Assembly (NCBI GenBank): GCA_049284515.1 | Contig: JBAPYB010000416.1 | Span: forward strand, 3,582-67,581 | Reading direction: 5' to 3' | From: Thermoanaerobaculia bacterium | GTDB lineage: Bacteria > Acidobacteriota > Thermoanaerobaculia > Multivoradales > UBA5704 | Length of the DNA stretch: 64,000 bases | Part shown: positions 57,697 to 64,000 of the stretch, one piece after another | How the letters are laid out: every line of letters starts with the position of its first letter | Numbering within the stretch: position 1 is the stretch's first letter | Made by a program: the position numbers and the translations under genes | The notes under the pieces: generated by a model | The model's input: only the letters and a program-made list of their open reading frames with translations | The model's database searches: none | What the model was told of the DNA's origin: nothing

Positions 57697-58944
57697 TCAT
57701 TCCGGCGGCTTGGGGGGCGGGGTCTCCTCCGCCCCCGTATCTGCTCCCGTATCAAGGGGCTCCACCGTGCCGCCCGACTGCTCGATCGCCTTCTTCGCCG
57801 CGTCGTACCGCGTCTCGATCCCCTTCTTCTGCCGGTTGCGGATCAGCCAGCGCAGAAACCGGGACTCGTTGACCCCGACGACGACGTCCTTGACGGCGTC
57901 GTAGACCTGGGGGTCGTTGATGAGCTTTGCCGCCGAGCCGTTGCCCTGCGAGAGCTTACGCGAGACCTCGTTGAGGTTCTCGACCGTCTGCCGGAGCTGC
58001 TCGGTGACCTCGCGGCCGTACGCCTCGTCCTTGACCAGGCGGGGAACGAGGGCGTTGCTCTTCTCCAGGTTCGCCGTGAAGCTCTGCAGATTCTGTGTCA
58101 CCTGGTGCAGCGAGGCGAGGGTGTCGTTGAGCTGGGTCTTGGCGTTCGGGTCGTTGAGCAGGCTGGGGAGCAGCCCTTCACCGCTCTCGGCCTTGGTCAG
58201 CAGGGCCTGAAGACGGTCCATGGACTGGCCGAGCTGGTCGGCCAGGGCGCGGTCGTTGAGCAGCCGCGGCAGGGGGCCCTGGCCGGTGTCGATCTTGTTC
58301 GCGACCCGCTGCAAGGCCTCCGAGGTGCCGAGGAGCGAGGCCCTGAGGCTGCGGCTGGACTCGGAGTCCGAGGTCAGCTCGCCCAGCAGACCCTCGCCGC
58401 GCTCGATGCGGGCGAGGACTTTGTTGAGCGAGCTCGAGATCGCCACCACGTTGCCCATCACGTCCTCGCCCGAGGCCAGCAGGGCGTCGACGTTGGTGGC
58501 CTGCGCCGCCGGGATGGGTGCGCCATCGGGGATGACCTCGTAGCCCGGCGAGCCGGAGGAGAGGTCGATGAACTTGTCGCCCAGCAGCCCCAGGGTCTTG
58601 ATGCGGGCCACGGAGGGGGTCTGGCCGGGCACCAGCGCCTGCATGCCCTGGGGACCCCGGATGCGCGAGCCGTAGCGGCTCTCCACCCGAATCCACACCC
58701 GGATCATGCCCCGCCAGGGGTTGACCGGCAGCTCCACCCGCTCGACCGTGCCGACGTCGACGCCGTTGAGCTGCACCGGGTTGCCCGGTTTCAGGCCGCT
58801 TACCGAGCTCAGCTCGACGTAGTAGTGGTTCTTGCTCGAAAACAGGCTGTTCTTCTGGCCGAGCAGGAAGATGGCGACGGCGAGCACGGCGAGGGCCGCC
58901 AGGATCAGCAGGCCGACGCGGACTTCGCGGGCTCTAGGCGGCAT
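57697..58944 (-). CDS. mlaD: MlaD/MCE-domain protein
   Basis: N-terminal TM helix followed by the MCE domain GLKPGNPVQLNGVDVGTVERVEL, with a long helical C-terminus. Confidence 0.8.
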   Translation of the reverse strand: MPPRAREVRVGLLILAALAVLAVAIFLLGQKNSLFSSKNHYYVELSSVSGLKPGNPVQLNGVDVGTVERVELPVNPWRGMIRVWIRVESRYGSRIRGPQGMQALVPGQTPSVARIKTLGLLGDKFIDLSSGSPGYEVIPDGAPIPAAQATNVDALLASGEDVMGNVVAISSSLNKVLARIERGEGLLGELTSDSESSRSLRASLLGTSEALQRVANKIDTGQGPLPRLLNDRALADQLGQSMDRLQALLTKAESGEGLLPSLLNDPNAKTQLNDTLASLHQVTQNLQSFTANLEKSNALVPRLVKDEAYGREVTEQLRQTVENLNEVSRKLSQGNGSAAKLINDPQVYDAVKDVVVGVNESRFLRWLIRNRQKKGIETRYDAAKKAIEQSGGTVEPLDTGADTGAEETPPPKPPE

Positions 58945-59704
58945 TCTCTTCGTCCTCCTCCCGGCCGGCCAGGAAGTCGGCGACCTGGGGATCCTGAGAG
59001 CTGTCGGCCTCCTGCCAGGTGCCGAGGAAGCAGAAGCGTCCGTCGACGAGCAGGGCGAGGCGGTCGCCCACCCGCCGGGCGAGCGGGATGTCGTGCGTCA
59101 CCACCACCGCGGTGACGCCGAGCTCCTTCTGGATCGAGTTGATGAGCTTGCCGATCGTCGCGGAGGTGACGGGATCGAGCCCGGTGGTGGGCTCGTCGAA
59201 CAGCACCACCTCGGGGTCGAGGGCCAGGGAGCGGGCGAGGGACACCCGTTTCTTCATTCCTCCGGAGAGGTCCGACGGCATCTTCTGCTCGACGTCCTTC
59301 AGGCGCACCATGGCGAGCTTCTCGCGCACCGTCCCGGCGATCTTCGCCGCATCGAGGTCGGTGTGCTCCCGCAGCGGGAAGGCGATGTTGTCGAAGACGT
59401 TCATCGAGTCGAACAGGGCCCCGCCCTGGAACAGCATGGCGATCCGGCGACGGTAGGGATAGAGCTCGCGCTCCTCGAGCTGCGTCAGGTCGACGCCGTC
59501 GAACACCACGCTTCCCGCATCCGGCTGTTCGAGGCCGTTGAGCTGCCGCAGCATCACGCTCTTGCCCATCCCCGACCGGCCGAGGACGACGAAACACTCG
59601 CCACGCAGGATGTCGAAATCCAGATCGTCGAGGATCACCCGGCTGCCGTACCGCTTGGTCATGCCGCGAATCTCGAAGAGCGCTTCGGCCACGTCGGCTT
59701 TCAT
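58934..59704 (-). CDS. mlaF: ABC transporter ATP-binding protein MlaF-like
   Basis: Probable start is MKADVAEALFEIRG. Walker A is GRSGMGKS and the signature is LSGGMKKR. Confidence 0.85.
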   Translation of the reverse strand: MKADVAEALFEIRGMTKRYGSRVILDDLDFDILRGECFVVLGRSGMGKSVMLRQLNGLEQPDAGSVVFDGVDLTQLEERELYPYRRRIAMLFQGGALFDSMNVFDNIAFPLREHTDLDAAKIAGTVREKLAMVRLKDVEQKMPSDLSGGMKKRVSLARSLALDPEVVLFDEPTTGLDPVTSATIGKLINSIQKELGVTAVVVTHDIPLARRVGDRLALLVDGRFCFLGTWQEADSSQDPQVADFLAGREEDEENAA

Positions 59705-59705
59705 C

Positions 59706-60464
59706 TCAGGGCAACAGGAAGAAAAGCTTGGTGAGGAAGAAGTCCGAAACCAGGACGAGGATGGAGGCGAGCACCACCGTGTTGGTGGTGGCCCGGCCGA
59801 CGCCGTCGGCGCCGCCGGTGGTGTTGAGGCCATTGTAGCAGCCGATGATGGTGATGAAGTAGGCGAAGAAAAACGACTTGGCGACGCCGCTGAACAGGTC
59901 CCCGAACTTCAGGGTGTGGAGCACGTCGTTGACGTAGAGCCCATGAGCGAGGTCGAGGGTGAGGGTGGCGACGATCAGGCCGCCGAGGATGCCGAGGGCG
60001 TCGCCCAGAAGGGTCAGGGCCGGCAGCATCACCAGGGTCGCCACCAGCTTGGGCACCACCAGCTTCTTCACCGGGTCGGCGGCCATGGCGCGCAGGGCGT
60101 CGATCTGCTCGGTGACCTTCATGGTGCCGATCTCGGCTGTCATTCCTGAGCCGATGCGCCCCCCGACGATGAGGGCGGTGAGCACCGGCCCGAGCTCGCG
60201 CACCAGGGATTTGGAGACCACGGAGCCGATGTAGTACTTCACCCCCAGGGCCGGCAGCGAGAGGGCGGTCTGCAGGGCGAGGACCATGCCGGTGAAGAGG
60301 GTGGTGATCGCCGCCACTCCCAGCGAGCGGACGCCGATCTGGTCCATCTGGCGCACCCATTGTCCGATTTCGTAAGGAGGCGCGATCATGGCGAGGAACG
60401 CCCGTCCGGTGAGGATTCCCAGGGCTCCGGTCTGCGCCGCGATCTCCTCGAGACGGGCTTTCAC
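59706..60464 (-). CDS. mlaE: ABC transporter permease MlaE-like
   Basis: GTG start at 60464 forms a GTGA overlap with the upstream gene. 252 aa, multi-TM, with a typical MlaE C-terminal region. Confidence 0.8.
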   Translation of the reverse strand: MKARLEEIAAQTGALGILTGRAFLAMIAPPYEIGQWVRQMDQIGVRSLGVAAITTLFTGMVLALQTALSLPALGVKYYIGSVVSKSLVRELGPVLTALIVGGRIGSGMTAEIGTMKVTEQIDALRAMAADPVKKLVVPKLVATLVMLPALTLLGDALGILGGLIVATLTLDLAHGLYVNDVLHTLKFGDLFSGVAKSFFFAYFITIIGCYNGLNTTGGADGVGRATTNTVVLASILVLVSDFFLTKLFFLLP

Positions 60465-60877
60465 GAGCGGATGGGCCACCAGGAGCCGGCGTGAAGGACG
60501 CTGAACGCGAGGTCCACCGCCGCCAGGGGCACGAGTCCGCCGAGGCCGGAGCCGGTGAGCGCCAGGACGACGAAGGTCGCCGCCCCCAGGGCCCGGCCGG
60601 CGATGGCGACGGTGATGATCAGGCTGTAGCGGCGCGGATCGTAGGCTGCGGCGAGGTAGAGCGCGGCGAGCATCAGCAGCAGGACGGCCAGGATCCACAA
60701 GTAGAATCTCCCCTCCGGCAGAGGCGGAAGCGGAAGGTTCAAGATCCGTGCCGGAATCCGCGGCGCCGCCACCATCAGGACGGCGAAGGCGAAGTCGTAG
60801 AGCGCTCCCGCCACCAGGCTGCCGCGCAACAGGCTGAGAAGCCTGAAGCGCCGGACGAATGGGCTGGTCATGGCCAT
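60461..60877 (-). CDS. Small membrane protein, hypothetical
   Basis: 138 aa with 4 hydrophobic helices. Translationally coupled to mlaE. Confidence 0.5.
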   Translation of the reverse strand: MAMTSPFVRRFRLLSLLRGSLVAGALYDFAFAVLMVAAPRIPARILNLPLPPLPEGRFYLWILAVLLLMLAALYLAAAYDPRRYSLIITVAIAGRALGAATFVVLALTGSGLGGLVPLAAVDLAFSVLHAGSWWPIRS

Positions 60878-60912
60878 GGCGTGGATTCTAGCAGGCTGAA
60901 CGCCGCCGGCCG

Positions 60913-61338
60913 CGGGAGGACATTGCCCTGCTGGTGGATTTCTTCCTGCAAAAGTACAGCAAGCAGATGGAGATGCCGTTGCGGCAGATCTCGATCGAGG
61001 CGATGCAGATCCTGGAGAGCTACGACTGGCCGGGCAACGTCCGCGAGCTCGAAAACCTGATCGAGAGAGTTCTGGCCCTCTCCCACTCCGAAACCATCAC
61101 CACCCGCGACCTGCCCGTCCACCTCCTCACCAACCGGCGGACCCACCCCGACCTCGTCCAGCTCCCCGAAGAGGGCCTGGACCTCGAGGCCTACCTCGAA
61201 TCCATCCGCACCCAGCTCATGATCCAGGCCCTGGAGCGCACCAACGGCGTCCAGACCCAGGCCGCCGAGCTGCTGGGGATGAGCTTCCGGTCCTTCCGGT
61301 ACTACGCGAAGAAGGCGGGGTTGAAGGGCGGGGATTGA
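60913..61338 (+). pseudogene. 3' fragment of a sigma-54-dependent activator
   Basis: Only REDIALLVDFFLQKY...WPGNVRELENLIER plus the Fis-type HTH (QAAELLGMSFRSFRYYAKK) remain. There is no receiver domain or AAA+ core, and an in-frame stop lies at 60889. Confidence 0.7.
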
Positions 61339-61379
61339 GGGGGCGGCGACTACCTTCTGGACGGAAAATGCGGTAAAAT

Positions 61380-61607
61380 TTGCGCATGGAGCCGATACGC
61401 GACCCTGACCTGATCGCTCGAGTACAGACGACCTTTGACCTCTACGAGGCGGCCGAAGCCATGATGCGCCAGAACCTGCGCCGCCGCTTCCCGCAGGAGA
61501 GCCCGGAGCAGCTAGAGACCCGGCTGCTCGCCTGGCTCCACGACCGGCCGGGGGCGGAGATCGGCGACGCCGCGGGACCGTTCCAGGTGCGACGCATCTT
61601 TCAGTGA
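61380..61607 (+). CDS. Small protein, possible antitoxin/regulator of the downstream NTase
   Basis: 75 aa. GTGA overlap with the next gene. Confidence 0.45.
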   Translation: MRMEPIRDPDLIARVQTTFDLYEAAEAMMRQNLRRRFPQESPEQLETRLLAWLHDRPGAEIGDAAGPFQVRRIFQ

Positions 61608-62194
61608 ATCGCCTCCAGAGCGCCTTCGCCCGGCTCGTCGCCGACCTAAGAACGCTCAAGCTCGATTGGGCGCTGGTCGGGGGAATGGCCGTCACAGTCA
61701 GAGCCCGGCCACGAACAACCGAAGATCTCGACGTTGTAATCGCAGTTGCAAGCGACCGCGAAGCTGAAAGAGTCGCTTTCTCATTCCGCAACCTGGGATA
61801 TCGCTACCTGCCACAGCACGCTCTCGAACAGAAGGATGTTGGCCGGTTGGCGACCGTGCGCTTCTATGCCCCGGGCGAGGAAGAGGGCCGCGTCATTGCA
61901 GACCTTCTCTTCGCTTCGTCGGGGATTGAGTCCGAAGTCGTGGCTGCAGCAGTGCCCGAAGAGATCCTGCCTGGCCTGGTGGTCCCAGTTGCCCTGACAG
62001 GCCACCTCGTGGCCCTGAAAGTACTCGCCGGCCGGGAGCTCGACGCGCGGGACGTACGCTGGCTCTGGGAGGTCGCGGACGAGGGAGAGAAACAGCTTGC
62101 TCGCGATTCGCTCATTCTGATCACACAGCGTCGTTTCAATCGAGGCAAGGACCTCTTCTCCGAGCTTGCCAGACTCCTGGCAGGGGAGTCCTGA
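61604..62194 (+). CDS. Nucleotidyltransferase-fold protein
   Basis: 196 aa. WALVGGMAVTVRARPRTTEDLDVVI is a GG...[DE]hD minimal NTase pattern. Confidence 0.55.
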   Translation: MNRLQSAFARLVADLRTLKLDWALVGGMAVTVRARPRTTEDLDVVIAVASDREAERVAFSFRNLGYRYLPQHALEQKDVGRLATVRFYAPGEEEGRVIADLLFASSGIESEVVAAAVPEEILPGLVVPVALTGHLVALKVLAGRELDARDVRWLWEVADEGEKQLARDSLILITQRRFNRGKDLFSELARLLAGES

Positions 62195-64000
62195 TGGACT
62201 CCCTCCATCAGCAAATCCTCCAGCGCCTCGCTGGGGAGCTGGATCCGAAGGTCTTCGAGGACTGCGCCTGCGACCTCCTGCGCGACGTCTATCCGAGCCT
62301 CGTTCCGGTACGAGGTGGTCATGATGCGGGAATGGATGGGGCCATCGCCGATGGTGAAGGCGAGGCGTTTCCCCTGATCTGCACGACAGACGAGGACTTC
62401 CGGCGAAATCTCGTCAAGAGCCTCGATTCCTACTTGGCGCACGGAAGGCGGCGCCGCAGAGCGGTCTTCGCCACATCCCGGGAGATCACTCCCACAAAAC
62501 GTCGCCTTCTGGAGGACGAAGCGCACAAGCGAGGCTTTACCTTGATACAAATCGTCGATCGGCAAGGAATCGCGCAGCGCTTGTACTGGAACCCGCGGTG
62601 GCTCCTGGCACTCGGCCTCTCGACAAGACCATCTGCTCTCTCGGCCATTCCGCAGTCCCGGCGTCCGTTGCTCGATCTCGAGCCGATCGGCCGCGAGGAG
62701 GATCTGAGCTGGATTCGATCGACGCCGGGGGACCTCGTGCTCGCCGGCGAGCCTGGCTCGGGAAAAACATTTCTTTTCGTGCATCTGATACGGCAGGGCT
62801 GGAACGGCCTGTTTCTCGTCGACCTAGACCGGAGGGAGGTCAAGAAGGCTCTCCTCGAACAACGGCCGGCCGTCGTGATCGTTGACGACGCGCATGTACG
62901 GCCGGAGGTCTTGGGGATGCTCACGCACCTGCGGGCAGAAATGGGAGCTGAATTCTCCCTGGTAGCGACCACGTGGACTTGGAAGCAGGATCTCGACGAA
63001 GTTGTTGCAGCGCTGCCCGGCGCGCAGACGCGCGAGTTGCGTCTGCTGCCCCGCCATCAGATTCTAGAGATCTTTCAGCAAGCTGGTGTACAGGGATCGA
63101 ATGAGCTCCTGCGGGAGCTTGTCGACCAGGCTGCGAACAAACCGGGCCTCGCCGCGACCATTGCCCATCTCTGGAAAAGGGGAACCTGGCAAGAGATTCT
63201 GGAAGGCAAGACTCTCCATCGGGAAGTCCTTACGGCCTTCGGCACTGCTGGAGAGGCCGTGGAGGACCTCTTGGCTGCATTTAGTTTGGGGGGCAACCGC
63301 GGGATGGGGCTTGAGTCGGTCCGCCGATTTCTCAATCTCGACCGGCCCGAGATCCGCAGGCAGACGGCGGCCCTCGCGGCAGGCGGAGTACTCGGGGAAG
63401 AGAGAGAGGACGCCCTGTCCGTCTGGCCCCGGCGGCTTCGGACGTCGCTGCTGCGCACGGTCTTTTTCTCCAGCCCGGCACAAGGACATGCTTATCGCGA
63501 GTTGCTGGAAAAAGCGCCGAGCTTCGCAGAGGCGGTAAGGGAAATCGCCGTGGTCCGCCAAGTGGGGGCCCGGGTACCGGAGATCCATGAACTCGTCCTC
63601 CAGGCAGGCTGTAAGGAGGAGAGCGCCAAGTTGGCTTGGCGCTTGCTCGCCGGAACCAATGAGGAGGAAGCTCGCTGGGTCTTGCAGAACTATCCCGATG
63701 ATCTGCTCGACGTCGCATATGCCCTCCTCGAGCAGATCCCTAGTGAGGTGATTCCGCGCCTCCTGGATCGGGCAGATGAAGATTCACGGTCCCGGCAGCG
63801 GGAAAATCGGGCGATGAGTCTTCTGTCTTCCTGGGCCCAGAAATCTTATTCGAACCCCCGGGAAGACCCTGTCCGCAGGCGAGAGTTGATCGCTCTGGCA
63901 GCGAAACGATTCCTTGCAAAAGGCGGAGATTTGGGGACCGGAGTCCAAGGCATCTGCCTTGCCCTCAAACCCAATCTGGAAGGGAGTAGCTGGGACCCTG
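62194..64000 (+). CDS. Mrr-like N-terminal domain plus P-loop ATPase, 3'-partial
   Basis: Absent from the ORF track because it has no stop in the window. I translated it by hand from the ATG at 62194 (TGATG overlap) and found no stop through 64000 in the lines checked. Contains RGGHDAGMDGAI, Walker A GEPGSGKT and Walker B VVIVDDAH. Confidence 0.65.
   Translation, partial: MDSLHQQILQRLAGELDPKVFEDCACDLLRDVYPSLVPVRGGHDAGMDGAIADGEGEAFPLICTTDEDFRRNLVKSLDSYLAHGRRRRRAVFATSREITPTKRRLLEDEAHKRGFTLIQIVDRQGIAQRLYWNPRWLLALGLSTRPSALSAIPQSRRPLLDLEPIGREEDLSWIRSTPGDLVLAGEPGSGKTFLFVHLIRQGWNGLFLVDLDRREVKKALLEQRPAVVIVDDAHVRPEVLGMLTHLRAEMGAEFSLVATTWTWKQDLDEVVAALPGAQTRELRLLPRHQILEIFQQAGVQGSNELLRELVDQAANKPGLAATIAHLWKRGTWQEILEGKTLHREVLTAFGTAGEAVEDLLAAFSLGGNRGMGLESVRRFLNLDRPEIRRQTAALAAGGVLGEEREDALSVWPRRLRTSLLRTVFFSSPAQGHAYRELLEKAPSFAEAVREIAVVRQVGARVPEIHELVLQAGCKEESAKLAWRLLAGTNEEEARWVLQNYPDDLLDVAYALLEQIPSEVIPRLLDRADEDSRSRQRENRAMSLLSSWAQKSYSNPREDPVRRRELIALAAKRFLAKGGDLGTGVQGICLALKPNLEGSSWDP

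Noticed and set aside
60465-60698. Upstream 78 codons of the mlaE ORF (MDPGRPAADARR...)
   Set aside because: The extension is Arg/Pro-rich and low in complexity, and it fully overlaps the 138-aa membrane-protein gene in another frame. A GTG at 60464 with a GTGA overlap gives a normal-length MlaE.

Overview
This is a high-GC chromosomal segment from a Gram-negative bacterium. Hand counts of sample 60-nt lines give 77-80% G+C in core genes. Gram-negative status is supported by mlaFED, an outer-membrane beta-barrel protein and sigma-54 regulators; the phylum cannot be determined by eye. Core blocks are hrpB, a PDZ-histidine kinase/NtrC-type pair, M14 and M28 peptidases, xylFGH, ugd-uxs-epimerase, mlaFED, yggX, a serine hydrolase and a TVP38 protein. 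Several accessory insertions interrupt these blocks, mostly beside toxin-antitoxin (TA) loci. (1) The main candidate for a novel system is a ~13-kb low-GC island at ~10.9-24.0 kb (sampled lines 47-57% G+C). It carries a tightly packed nine-gene minus-strand operon encoding a tubulin/FtsZ-like GTPase, a 1070-aa Hsp70/actin-fold ATPase with a zinc ribbon, two vWA/MIDAS proteins, a STAND-like P-loop ATPase, an unknown 445-aa protein and three or four membrane proteins. The island has no integrase and is bracketed by duplicated vapB and Uma2 gene fragments. (2) A 4,554-bp IS1-family transposon (35721-40274) has perfect 18-bp terminal inverted repeats and an 8-bp target duplication. It carries passenger genes and an iteron-like site, and it is inserted into a ~650-bp locus made of two inverted arrays of 21-bp tandem repeats. 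A third related array lies 1 kb upstream. (3) A low-GC single gene (42608-45346) encodes an Mrr-like nuclease fused to a P-loop NTPase. It is wedged between an intact vapBC and a truncated, frameshifted vapBC. (4) A translationally coupled three-gene operon lies at the right edge: a small protein, a nucleotidyltransferase and an Mrr-like/P-loop ATPase. The last ORF runs off the window and is missing from the ORF track. Other features are a fused type IIG restriction-modification enzyme, an Rpn-family nuclease, a Uma2 endonuclease, REP-like elements and gene remnants. No rRNA, tRNA or CRISPR array was recognised. All functional calls come from motif reading by eye; no database search was possible.
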